DNA from: Candidatus Latescibacterota bacterium
GTDB lineage: Bacteria > JAAXHH01
Direction: 5' to 3'
Length of the DNA stretch: 64,000 nucleotides
Assembly (NCBI GenBank): GCA_022823465.1
Contig: JAJEHX010000032.1
Coordinates: 10,340 to 74,339 of the forward strand
Shown here: piece by piece, positions 38,054-49,360 of the stretch
Layout of the letters: every line of letters starts with the position of its first letter
Numbering within the stretch: position 1 is the first letter of the stretch
The notes under the pieces: model-generated
Database searches by the model: none
What the model was told of the DNA's origin: nothing
What the model saw: only the letters and a program-made list of their open reading frames with translations
Translations under genes and position numbers: made by a program

Positions 38054-39384
38054 TGCCCTCTCGGGCCCTGCTTCGATTCCTGTGGTTCGGCGTCTGCATG
38101 TTCGGGACCGGCGTTACCGTCACGATGTACCCGGCTTCCTCGCACGGCCAGGCCGGTATCGCCGAAATCGACTTCACGGGCCGGGTGACCGCGGAAAGCC
38201 GGTGGTTCCCCAGGTCCGCCCTTTTCCCGGGCCAGGGCACCCACGCCAGTGGATTCGTAGCGGAACCCAACCTCTACCTGGAAGATGAAGCCGGCCGCGT
38301 GCTCAACGTGACGCCCTTCTTCCGCTACGACAGCGCGGACGGCCGGCGAACCCATTTCGATCTGCGGGAAGCGTATTTACTGCTTTCCGGCGCGCTGGGC
38401 GACGGGGAATGGGAACTGCGCCTCGGCATAGACCGGGTTTTCTGGGGCGTGGTCGAGTCCCGCCACCTGGTGGATATCGTCAACCAGATCGACCTGGTCG
38501 AACATCCCGACGAAAAGACCAGGATGGGGCAGCCCATGGCCTACGTGACCTGGTCTTCGGACTGGGGCGTGGTGGAACTGCTAGGCATGCCCTATCACCG
38601 CAAGCGCACCTTTCCAGGCAGCAAGGGAAGACTGCGCGCATCGCTCGTCATCGACAGTGACCGGGTGGAATACGAGCATGAATTCGGGAAATGGCACCCG
38701 GATTTCGCCGCCCGGTACAGCCATACGGTCGGACTGCTCGATTTCGGCGCCAGTATCTTCGACGGCACGGCGAGGGAACCCGCCCTGGGCCTGTGTCTGG
38801 ATTGCGGTAGTCCGCCCGGCCCGGCTGGTCAGGCTGGTCTGGCCGGCTCGCCCGGCCCGCCTGGTCTGACGAGCACGCCGGTGCTCTATCCGATTTACGA
38901 TCAGATCCGTCAGTACGGACTGGACGCGCAGTGGACCACAGGCTCCCTGCTGCTGAAGCTCGAGGCCATTCGAAGGTCCGGCGCACGTAACCTTGCGGGC
39001 CTGGAAGAGGCCTTTAACGCCTTCGTGCTGGGCGGCGAGTACACGTTTTTTTCCTTGTGGGAATCGGAAGCCGACCTTACCCTTTTCGCCGAATGGGACC
39101 GTGACGGCCGCGGCCGCCGCGCGACCAATTTCTATGAAAACGACCTCTTCGCCGCCCTGCGGCTCATGCTGAACGACGTCCAGGGTACGGAGATGACGGT
39201 GAGCGTCCTGCACGATCTGGACAAAAATCAACGTATCTACGGCCTTGAATTGGCGCGCCGCTTGACGGATACGTTGTCCCTGGACCTGGGCGCGGTCGCG
39301 ATTACCAACATCGACCCGGACGATCTGTATTATGATCTCCGCCGGGACAGTTTCGTTCAACTCGGTATTAGCTACCATTTCTGA
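38053..39384 (+). CDS. Putative outer-membrane beta-barrel protein with a Gly-X-Y insert
   Basis: TGATG overlap with the upstream gene. Signal peptide. Alternating beta-strand pattern. Ends in aromatic ...GISYHF. Confidence 0.55.
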   Translation: MPSRALLRFLWFGVCMFGTGVTVTMYPASSHGQAGIAEIDFTGRVTAESRWFPRSALFPGQGTHASGFVAEPNLYLEDEAGRVLNVTPFFRYDSADGRRTHFDLREAYLLLSGALGDGEWELRLGIDRVFWGVVESRHLVDIVNQIDLVEHPDEKTRMGQPMAYVTWSSDWGVVELLGMPYHRKRTFPGSKGRLRASLVIDSDRVEYEHEFGKWHPDFAARYSHTVGLLDFGASIFDGTAREPALGLCLDCGSPPGPAGQAGLAGSPGPPGLTSTPVLYPIYDQIRQYGLDAQWTTGSLLLKLEAIRRSGARNLAGLEEAFNAFVLGGEYTFFSLWESEADLTLFAEWDRDGRGRRATNFYENDLFAALRLMLNDVQGTEMTVSVLHDLDKNQRIYGLELARRLTDTLSLDLGAVAITNIDPDDLYYDLRRDSFVQLGISYHF

Positions 39385-39407
39385 CACCGAAGACGATTTC
39401 CGGTACC

Positions 39408-40301
39408 ATGTCCAAACTGGTCCAAGGCATCTGGCCGGCGCTCTGTACGCCCTTCGATGAAGGACTTGAGCTGTCGCCCGGCCGGGTGGCGCTCCTGGTA
39501 CGGCACCTGGTGGACGCCGGAGGCGACGGCTTTTTCATCACCGGCGGCACGGGCGAGGGCCGGCAGATGTCGGTGGCGGAACGCCGGCAGATGTGCGAGA
39601 CCGTGACCCGCGACGTCGCGGGCGAGGTCCCCGTGATCTTTCACGTGGGGGGCACGACCACGGAGGACGCCGTCGTCCTCGCGTCGGAAGCGGGGTCGCT
39701 TGGCGCGGACGCGGTGGCATCCGTCGCGCCCGCGGATCAGCCCAACGACCTGGCGGCGGCCGTCCGTCACTACGCCGCCATCGGCGGGGCGTCCGAGGTC
39801 CCCTTCTACGTCTACTGGCTCGCGCGCGACGTCGACGGGCAGGTCACGCCCGCGCAGTTCCTGGAAGCCATGGACGCGGTGCCCAACTTCGCGGGCATCA
39901 AGTTCACGGACCCGAACTTCTTCGTCTTCCAGCAGCTCGTCGACCTGTCCGGGGGCGGGCTGAACGCCATCACCGGGCCGGACGAGATGTGCGTGGCGGG
40001 ATTCGTGATGGGCAGCGACGGGGCCATCGGTTCCACCTACAACGTCATGCCCCGGATGTTCCGGCGCATGTACGAAGCCTTTCGCGGCGGCCGCATACAG
40101 GAAGCCATGGAACTTCAGGTCCAGGCCAACCGGGTCATCGCGCTGTTGATTTCGGTGGGAGTCCTGGCCGGGATCAAGAAGATGCTCGACTGGCGCGGCA
40201 TTCCCGTCGGACCGCCGCGCCCGCCGACCGCCCGGCTCACCGCGGAAGGCGAAGACCGGCTACGTTCCGGCCTGGAGGCACTGGATTTCGAAGTAGTTTA
40301 G
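39408..40301 (+). CDS. Dihydrodipicolinate synthase/N-acetylneuraminate lyase family protein
   Basis: ALCTPF... and FITGGTGEG motifs of the DHDPS class I aldolase family. Confidence 0.8.
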   Translation: MSKLVQGIWPALCTPFDEGLELSPGRVALLVRHLVDAGGDGFFITGGTGEGRQMSVAERRQMCETVTRDVAGEVPVIFHVGGTTTEDAVVLASEAGSLGADAVASVAPADQPNDLAAAVRHYAAIGGASEVPFYVYWLARDVDGQVTPAQFLEAMDAVPNFAGIKFTDPNFFVFQQLVDLSGGGLNAITGPDEMCVAGFVMGSDGAIGSTYNVMPRMFRRMYEAFRGGRIQEAMELQVQANRVIALLISVGVLAGIKKMLDWRGIPVGPPRPPTARLTAEGEDRLRSGLEALDFEVV

Positions 40302-40385
40302 AAGTAGTATGGTAAAGGAATAGGGAAAGTTGGTGGGCGGACGCCTTTCTATACGCGAAAGCCCTGTCAGGAGCATTAAGTCCCC

Positions 40386-41936
40386 ATGTCCATGACCGAC
40401 AAAATAAAGCACCTGGACGCGTTGCGGAAGCAGGCGGAAGCAAGCGGCGGCGAAAAGCGCATCGCCCGGCAGCACGAGGCGGGGAAATGGACCGCGCGGG
40501 AACGGGTGGCCTTTCTCCTGGACGAAGGCAGCTTCGAGGAGATCGGCGCGTTCGTGACCCACGACTGCCGTGACTTCGGCATGGCGGGCAAGGAAGTACT
40601 CGGGGACGGCGTAATCACGGGCTACGGCACGATAGACGGCCGAAGCGTTTACGTCGTATCGGAGGATTTCACGGTATTCGGCGGTTCGCTGGGCGAGGCC
40701 TACGGGGAGAAGATCTGCAAGATCATGGACCTGGCGATGAAGAACGGGGCGCCGGTCATCAGTCTCAAGGATTCGGGTGGCGCGCGCATCCAGGAAGGCG
40801 TGGTCAGCCTCGCGGGATACGCCGACATCTTCCTGCGCAACGTGCTGGCCTCCGGTGTGATCCCGCAGATTTCGGTGATCATGGGCCCCTGCGCCGGCGG
40901 CGCGGTCTATTCACCGGCTATGACCGACTTCGTTTTCATGGTGGAAGATACCAGCTACATGTTCATCACCGGCCCGGACGTCATCCGCGCGGTTACCCAT
41001 GAAGAGGTGACCTTCGACGAGCTGGGCGGCGCGCACGTCCACAATTCCGTGACGGGCGTGGCCCACTTTTCCGCGGCCGACGAACCCGCGTGCCTGACCA
41101 TGGTGAAGGAACTCCTGGCTTTCCTGCCCTCGAACAACATGGAGGACCCGCTCCGGGTGGCTCCCACGGACGACCCCGACCGCATGGACGAGGAACTCGC
41201 GAGTATCGTGCCGGACGACGCCAACAAACCCTACGACATCAAGGATGTGATCCACCGGGTGGTGGATCACGGCGACTTCTTCGAAGTACATGGCGAATAC
41301 GCGGATAATATCGTCGTGGGATTCGCCCGGTTCAACGGGCGGACCGCCGGGATAGTCGCCAATCAGCCCGCTTCGCTCGCCGGCGTGCTGGACATCGACG
41401 CGTCCGTGAAAGGCGCGCGGTTCGTGCGCTTCTGCGACGCCTTCAACATCCCGCTGGTGGTGTTCGAGGACGTGCCCGGGTTTCTGCCCGGCGTCAGCCA
41501 GGAGCATGGCGGCATCATCAAGGAAGGCGCCAAGCTGCTCTACGCGTTCTGCGAAAGCACGGTGCCGCGGCTGACCGTAGTCACGCGCAAGGCCTACGGC
41601 GGCGCCTACTGCGTGATGAACAGCAAGCAGATCCGCGCCGACATCAATTACGCCTGGCCGTCCGGGCAGTTCGCGGTCATGGGTCCGGAGGCCTCGGTGA
41701 ACGTGCTATACCGCCGGGAGCTGGCCGAGGCGGACGATCCCGACGCCTTGAGAAAGGAACTGACCGCGGAATTCCGGGAGAAGTTCGACAATCCCTACGT
41801 CGCGGCGAAAATAGGGTATATCGACGAAGTGATCCAGCCCCAGGAGACCCGTCCCCGCATCATATCCGCGCTGGAGATGCTGAGGAACAAGCGAGACACG
41901 AATCCGCCCAAGAAACACGGGAATATCCCACTGTAA
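40386..41936 (+). CDS. Acyl-CoA carboxylase carboxyltransferase (beta) subunit, propionyl/methylmalonyl-CoA type
   Basis: 516-aa ORF with PccB-like sequence throughout. Confidence 0.9.
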   Translation: MSMTDKIKHLDALRKQAEASGGEKRIARQHEAGKWTARERVAFLLDEGSFEEIGAFVTHDCRDFGMAGKEVLGDGVITGYGTIDGRSVYVVSEDFTVFGGSLGEAYGEKICKIMDLAMKNGAPVISLKDSGGARIQEGVVSLAGYADIFLRNVLASGVIPQISVIMGPCAGGAVYSPAMTDFVFMVEDTSYMFITGPDVIRAVTHEEVTFDELGGAHVHNSVTGVAHFSAADEPACLTMVKELLAFLPSNNMEDPLRVAPTDDPDRMDEELASIVPDDANKPYDIKDVIHRVVDHGDFFEVHGEYADNIVVGFARFNGRTAGIVANQPASLAGVLDIDASVKGARFVRFCDAFNIPLVVFEDVPGFLPGVSQEHGGIIKEGAKLLYAFCESTVPRLTVVTRKAYGGAYCVMNSKQIRADINYAWPSGQFAVMGPEASVNVLYRRELAEADDPDALRKELTAEFREKFDNPYVAAKIGYIDEVIQPQETRPRIISALEMLRNKRDTNPPKKHGNIPL

Positions 41937-41944
41937 GAGGGTAC

Positions 41945-43459
41945 ATGATCCGGAAGATCCTGATTGCAAACCGGGGTGAGATCGCCGTCCGGGTGATCCG
42001 CACTTGCCGGGAGATGGGCATCGTAACGACGGCCGTATTCTCGGAAGCGGACCGTACCGCCCTCCACGTCCAGATTGCCGACGAGGCGTATTGCATCGGC
42101 GACGCGCCGTCCTCGGACAGCTATCTCAACGGGGACCGGATCATCGAGACGGCGCGGAAAGCCGGGGCCGACGCGATACACCCGGGTTACGGGTTTCTTT
42201 CTGAAAACGGAGCATTCGCCGACCGGTGCGACGAGGCGGGGATTACGTTCATCGGTCCTTCCGGCGAGGCCATGCGGTCCATGGGAAGCAAGACCGCGGC
42301 GCGAAAGACCATGAGCAGGGCCGGGGTGCCGGTCGTACCGGGAACGGAAGAAGGGATCGACAGCGACGAGGAAGGCCTCGGCGTGGCGGAATCCATCGGA
42401 TACCCGGTCCTCGTCAAGGCGGCCATGGGCGGCGGCGGCAAGGGCATGCGCGTCGTGGATTCCCCGGACGACCTGGCCGCCGCGCTCCGTACCGCGCGGT
42501 CCGAGGCCCAGTCCGCCTTCGGCGACGCCACGGTCTACCTGGAAAAGTACCTGGTGGAGCCGCGTCACGTGGAGTTCCAGGTGCTCGCCGACCGCCACGG
42601 GCACGTGGTGCACCTGGGCGAGCGGGAGTGTTCGATACAGCGCCGCCATCAGAAACTCATAGAGGAATCTCCTTCCTGCATACTCGACGATGCCATGCGA
42701 AACGCCATGGGCGAAGCGGCCGTCCGGGCCGCCGAGGCCGTCGGATACACCAACGCCGGCACCGTGGAGTTCATCGTGGACCAGGACCGGCAGTTCTATT
42801 TCCTCGAGATGAACACCCGCCTTCAGGTCGAGCATCCGGTCACGGAGTTGAGAACGGGACAGGACCTGGTGCGGAGGCAGATAGAAATCGCCGCCGGCAT
42901 GCCCCTGCCCTTTGAACAGAAAGACGTGCGGCTGTTCGGCGCGGCCCTGGAATGCCGCATCTCCGCCGAAGACCCCAATGCGCAATTCATGCCCTCGGTC
43001 GGCGTGGTTACGCGCCTGAGCGAGCCCGGGGGGCCCGGCGTCCGGCTGGACAGCGGCTTCTGCGCGGGGTACGAAGTACCGATTTACTATGATCCCATGA
43101 TCGCCAAGCTGATCGTATGGGCCGAGAAGCGGGAGGAGGCTATCGCCCGTATGAAAAGAGCCCTGGGGGAATACGATATCGGCGGGATCAAGACCACCAT
43201 TCCCTTTCACATCCGGGCCCTGTCGGACCCCAGGTTCACCTCCGGCAACTATTCGACGGCCTTCGTGGAGACCATGGGGCCGGACGAGGATGCCGGGGCC
43301 GATGAGCGTCATATCGCCGCCGCTTTTGCCGCGATCATGAAACACCGGGAAGCGAGAAGGGCCATGCCGGCCGGGGCCGGCGGGGATGGACCCGACGGGG
43401 CCAGGGAGAGTCCATGGAAGCTGACCGGCCGGCGAGACGCCATGCGAAGAGAACGCTGA
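41945..43459 (+). CDS. Biotin carboxylase subunit (ATP-grasp)
   Basis: MIRKILIANRGEIAVRVIRTC N-terminus and the GGGGKGMRVV loop. No BCCP domain at the C-terminus. Confidence 0.9.
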   Translation: MIRKILIANRGEIAVRVIRTCREMGIVTTAVFSEADRTALHVQIADEAYCIGDAPSSDSYLNGDRIIETARKAGADAIHPGYGFLSENGAFADRCDEAGITFIGPSGEAMRSMGSKTAARKTMSRAGVPVVPGTEEGIDSDEEGLGVAESIGYPVLVKAAMGGGGKGMRVVDSPDDLAAALRTARSEAQSAFGDATVYLEKYLVEPRHVEFQVLADRHGHVVHLGERECSIQRRHQKLIEESPSCILDDAMRNAMGEAAVRAAEAVGYTNAGTVEFIVDQDRQFYFLEMNTRLQVEHPVTELRTGQDLVRRQIEIAAGMPLPFEQKDVRLFGAALECRISAEDPNAQFMPSVGVVTRLSEPGGPGVRLDSGFCAGYEVPIYYDPMIAKLIVWAEKREEAIARMKRALGEYDIGGIKTTIPFHIRALSDPRFTSGNYSTAFVETMGPDEDAGADERHIAAAFAAIMKHREARRAMPAGAGGDGPDGARESPWKLTGRRDAMRRER

Positions 43460-43576
43460 CCGGCCGGCGAGACGCCGCATGCCGTACAGGCTTACACATG
43501 CCGTAAGAGCCGTCGCGTGCCGTGCGGTTTATGTAGCCGCATATGATCCCACACAAGAGACAGAGAAAGGTGGATA

Positions 43577-44083
43577 TTGAGCTATCTCGTCACGATTCAG
43601 GGTACGACGTACACAGTCAGCCTGGATGACCAGGAAGACCAGGTCGTGTTGCATGTCGATGGCAGGCCGTTGGAAATCGACATGGTCTCGATCCACGGGG
43701 ACCATTCCTACTCCCTGCTCATAGGTGGCAGGTCATACACGGCGGTGGCGGCGAACCAGGGCGAGCACCGGGAGGTCAAGGTCAACGGCGTTTCGTCCGC
43801 GGTGGCCGTGGAGGACGAGCAACTGGCCCGGTTGCGCGGCCAGGTCAAGTCCCGGCGCCGCGCCGGAGGGGAACAGATCAAGGCGCCCATGCCGGGCCGC
43901 ATCGTGTCGATATCCGCGGCCGTGGGCGACTCGGTGGAGACCGGCCAGGGCGTGGTCGTCATCGAAGCCATGAAGATGGAAAACGAATTGCGCGCTCATT
44001 CGGGCGGCACGGTCAGGGAGATCCGGGTCGGCGAAGGGGATACGGTCGACAAGAATGCCGTGCTGGTGATCATCGGGGACTGA
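43577..44083 (+). CDS. Biotin carboxyl carrier (biotin/lipoyl attachment) protein
   Basis: EAMKMEN biotinylation motif near the C-terminus. TTG start 5 nt after AAGGTGG. Confidence 0.8.
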   Translation: MSYLVTIQGTTYTVSLDDQEDQVVLHVDGRPLEIDMVSIHGDHSYSLLIGGRSYTAVAANQGEHREVKVNGVSSAVAVEDEQLARLRGQVKSRRRAGGEQIKAPMPGRIVSISAAVGDSVETGQGVVVIEAMKMENELRAHSGGTVREIRVGEGDTVDKNAVLVIIGD

Positions 44084-44173
44084 ACATGCGCCGGGTTTGA
44101 TCCATAGTGGTGTTCCTGGCGCGCACGAGTTTGAGATCGATCGAATTCAGGCAGGTACAGAAAGGGCATTTCC

Positions 44174-45037
44174 ATGCGTCTGGGCGTTGTGGGATACGCG
44201 CCGGGAGATCCCCGGGCCGTCACGGAAGAGGTGCTGAGAAAGGGCCTGGAGCTGGGTGTCACGTCCGTCTGCTATCACGGACCCGGCGAGATACTGGACG
44301 AGCTGACGACTTCGGACTGCAACCGGGCCAACGATCTCTATGATCGCCTGGGACTGGAACTGGCCCAGTTCGGCATCGGGTACCGCGAATGCCTCTTCGA
44401 CCCGGACGAGGCGGTCCGCGACCGGGTGGTAAGGACGATCCACCGGGGTCTGGAGGTGGGACGCGCCCTCAACGCGCACAACGTATTGATCCGGACCGGC
44501 AGCCTGAACCCCTCGGGCTCCTACGACCCCGCGCCCGAGAACCACGAACCCGGGCGAATGGAGGTACTGGTCAATACCCTGTCACGAGTCGCGAAGAAGG
44601 CAGAGGAAGAGGGAATGACCGTTGTGGTCGAGACCCACGCGCTCACGATCATGGGGTCTCCCGAAATCAACCGGCAGGCAATCGACGCGATCGGTTCCGA
44701 CCGCCTGCGTGTGGTCATGGACTTCGTCAATCACTTCCAGTCCCTGGCGCAGGTATACAACAGCACAGATCGCCTGAACCACATCTACGACGTCATGGGG
44801 CCGATCTCCACCGTCTCCCATATCAAGGACATCAGCGTCGAACCCGGGTTCGTCATCCACATGAACGAAGAAGTGCCCGGCGCCGGCGAACTCGACCTCG
44901 TCACGGCCGTGCGGCGCTGGGAAGCGCTCCATCCCGACGGCTACATGCTTGTCGAACATCTGCCCGAAGAAAAGATCCCGATAGCAGTTGCTAACGTCCG
45001 GCGGATCGCGGCGGAGGCAGGGGTGGAGATCGTGTGA
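44174..45037 (+). CDS. Sugar phosphate isomerase/epimerase (xylose isomerase-like TIM barrel)
   Basis: 287-aa ORF with AP-endonuclease-2/TIM barrel-like features. Confidence 0.65.
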   Translation: MRLGVVGYAPGDPRAVTEEVLRKGLELGVTSVCYHGPGEILDELTTSDCNRANDLYDRLGLELAQFGIGYRECLFDPDEAVRDRVVRTIHRGLEVGRALNAHNVLIRTGSLNPSGSYDPAPENHEPGRMEVLVNTLSRVAKKAEEEGMTVVVETHALTIMGSPEINRQAIDAIGSDRLRVVMDFVNHFQSLAQVYNSTDRLNHIYDVMGPISTVSHIKDISVEPGFVIHMNEEVPGAGELDLVTAVRRWEALHPDGYMLVEHLPEEKIPIAVANVRRIAAEAGVEIV

Positions 45038-45064
45038 CCTACACTGGGAATAGCCCCCAGCGTG

Positions 45065-46804
<1,740 letters not shown>

Positions 46805-46989
46805 GGAAGGATCGTAACCCTGGATCGGTATGACGTGATTTCGATGACTGAGCCGGACTTTCCGGCGGAGCATAAACGGTTGCTTTGGCACCGTCCGACG
46901 ATATATTCAAGAAAGGAATTGAAAACGATCAAGACAAGCGTAAACACAGCCTGGTCGATAAGAACGGCCAGATTAAAAACGATCGCCAA

Positions 46990-48852
46990 ATGAATCGCAT
47001 ACCCGTCGCGTACGGTTACTGGAAAAGCGCCATTTCAGCGAAGACCATGGGCGTCCGGACGCCGCTCTACGATGTGCAGTGGAACGGCGACGGCGACAGC
47101 CTGGTCTGGCTGGAACAGCGTTCGGACATCGGCGTACTCGTCTGCCGCAAGGGCAACGAGGCGCCTTACGACCTGACGGACGGGCATCCGGTCCGGGGCG
47201 GCGTGGGTTACGGCGGCGGCGATTTCACCGTGGCGGACGACTTCGTCGTCTTCGCCGAAAAGGACGGCCGGCTGTACCGCCAGTCCCTGACCCCGGGACC
47301 GGCCAGACCAATCACGCCCGCCTTTGGCGCGTCGGCTTCTCCGGCCGTATCGCGAAACGGCGCGTGGGTGCTCTACGTCCATACCTGTGAATCCGTCGAC
47401 GTCATCGCCCTGGTCGACGGCGAGGGCAGCGGCTGGCCGGTCAACCTGGTGCGCGGCGCCGATTTCTACATGCAGCCGGCCTGGCACCCGGACGGCGAAC
47501 GGATCGCGTGGATCGAATGGGACCAGCCCCAGATGCCCTGGGACGGGACGAGGCTGAAGACCGGCCGGATCGATACCGGCCGCCGTTCCCTGGCAGAAGA
47601 GCAGTTGATCGCGGGAGACACGGACACACCGGTCTTCCAACCCGCCTTTTCTCCAAATGGAAAGTGGCTGGCCTACATCGTTACGGAAGGAGAGTGGGAC
47701 GCCCTGGTCGTGGTGGACCTGGATACGGGAGAACGGCGCGTACTGGTGGAGGGCACCACCCTGGCCGATCCCGCCTGGGTGCAGGGCGTGCGTGTCTACG
47801 GCTGGGGGCTCGACGGCGATTCCCTGTACTACCGCGGCAACGATAGGGGATTCGCGTCGTTGTGGAAAGTCTCCCTGGCCACGGGCCGGAGTACGAAACT
47901 GGACACGCCCCTATATACCTGGATGATGCAGGTCGCCGTCTCGCCGGCGAGAAACACCGTTGCGTGCATCGCTTCTTCGTCTACCGTCCCCGAGCGCGTG
48001 GTCACCCTGGATGAAAGCGCCCATACGGTACATCGCCGCAGCCAGTCGGAGATGATTCCCGAGGCGGACCTGTCCATTCCCGAATCGATATCCTGGACGA
48101 ACCCGGGCGGCGGCGAGGTGCACGGACTCTACTATCCACCCGCCAGCAGCCGGTTCACTGGTTCGGGCAAGCCCCCGGTCATCGTCAGTATCCACGGGGG
48201 GCCGACGGGCCAGTCCAGGGCCGACTACGCGGCCGAGATCCCCTTCTTCACCAACCGGGGCTATGCCTGCCTGTACGTAAACTACCGCGGAAGTACGGGT
48301 TACGGGCGCTCCTACATGACCGCCCTGCGCGAACACTGGGGCGAGTACGATACGGAGGACGCCGTCAGCGGCGCGCTTGCCCTCGTCGAACGGGGACTCG
48401 CCGATCCGGACCGTATCGTCATCAAGGGCGGCAGCGCAGGCGGATTTACCGTGCTGAACGTTCTCATCCATCATCCCGGGGTCTTTCGGGCCGGCCTTTG
48501 CCTGTACGGCGTGACCAATCTGTTCGGCCTGGCCACGGACACCCACAAGTTCGAGGCGAAGTACCTGGACCTGATGGTCGGGACGCTGCCCGAGCACAGC
48601 GACCGGTACCAGGCCTGGTCGCCGCTCTTCCACGCGGACCGGATCAGAGACCCGGTCGCCATATTCCAGGGCAGCGAGGACAAGGTGGTCCCGCAGGACC
48701 AGGCCGAATCCATCGTCGAGGTCCTGAAGCAGAACAAGGTGCCCCACATCTATCGGCTGTACGAAGGCGAGGGGCACGGCTGGCGCAAAGTAGAAACGAT
48801 CGTCGCCTACTACGACGACGTGGAACGTTTCCTGAAGCGGCATGTGCTGTAA
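46990..48852 (+). CDS. S9 family serine peptidase (prolyl oligopeptidase/acylaminoacyl peptidase type)
   Basis: N-terminal beta-propeller region followed by a hydrolase domain with nucleophile motif GGSAGG. An internal ATG at 46990 was chosen. Confidence 0.85.
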   Translation: MNRIPVAYGYWKSAISAKTMGVRTPLYDVQWNGDGDSLVWLEQRSDIGVLVCRKGNEAPYDLTDGHPVRGGVGYGGGDFTVADDFVVFAEKDGRLYRQSLTPGPARPITPAFGASASPAVSRNGAWVLYVHTCESVDVIALVDGEGSGWPVNLVRGADFYMQPAWHPDGERIAWIEWDQPQMPWDGTRLKTGRIDTGRRSLAEEQLIAGDTDTPVFQPAFSPNGKWLAYIVTEGEWDALVVVDLDTGERRVLVEGTTLADPAWVQGVRVYGWGLDGDSLYYRGNDRGFASLWKVSLATGRSTKLDTPLYTWMMQVAVSPARNTVACIASSSTVPERVVTLDESAHTVHRRSQSEMIPEADLSIPESISWTNPGGGEVHGLYYPPASSRFTGSGKPPVIVSIHGGPTGQSRADYAAEIPFFTNRGYACLYVNYRGSTGYGRSYMTALREHWGEYDTEDAVSGALALVERGLADPDRIVIKGGSAGGFTVLNVLIHHPGVFRAGLCLYGVTNLFGLATDTHKFEAKYLDLMVGTLPEHSDRYQAWSPLFHADRIRDPVAIFQGSEDKVVPQDQAESIVEVLKQNKVPHIYRLYEGEGHGWRKVETIVAYYDDVERFLKRHVL

Positions 48853-48921
48853 CGCACGCAGTTCGCCGGACGATTCACGTGTTCGTCCGGTGGGCCGTTT
48901 CCCGAGGCGGTGCGTACGCTG

Positions 48922-49350
48922 ATGCAATGGATTCAGAAGCAGATCACCCTTACGCCCAGGCCCCGGGGCTTTCACCTGGTGACGGATGAAATCACGAACC
49001 AGGTCCCCGAACTGGCCGGCATCGAGGTCGGCATCGCCCACGTCTTCATCTGTCATACTTCCGCATCCCTCACCATCAATGAGAACGCGGCACCCGACGT
49101 ACGCGGCGACTTCGAGCGCCATTTGAACGTCCTTGTTCCCGAGAACCAGCCGCATTACCGCCATGACGAGGAGGGGCCGGACGACATGCCGGCCCATATC
49201 AAGGCTTCGATGATGGGGAGCAGCGTGTCCATACCCATCACGGCCGGCCGGCTGAATCTGGGCATCTGGCAGGGCATCTTTCTCTGCGAACACCGGGACC
49301 GCGGCGGCGCGCGGCGGCTCGTGGTCACCATCTACGGCAATCCAGCCTGA
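48922..49350 (+). CDS. yjbQ: YjbQ/UPF0047 family protein (secondary thiamine-phosphate synthase)
   Basis: About 140 aa. ITNQV...HTSASLTINENA..DV..D segments typical of YjbQ. Confidence 0.8.
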   Translation: MQWIQKQITLTPRPRGFHLVTDEITNQVPELAGIEVGIAHVFICHTSASLTINENAAPDVRGDFERHLNVLVPENQPHYRHDEEGPDDMPAHIKASMMGSSVSIPITAGRLNLGIWQGIFLCEHRDRGGARRLVVTIYGNPA

Positions 49351-49360
49351 AGGGAACCCA

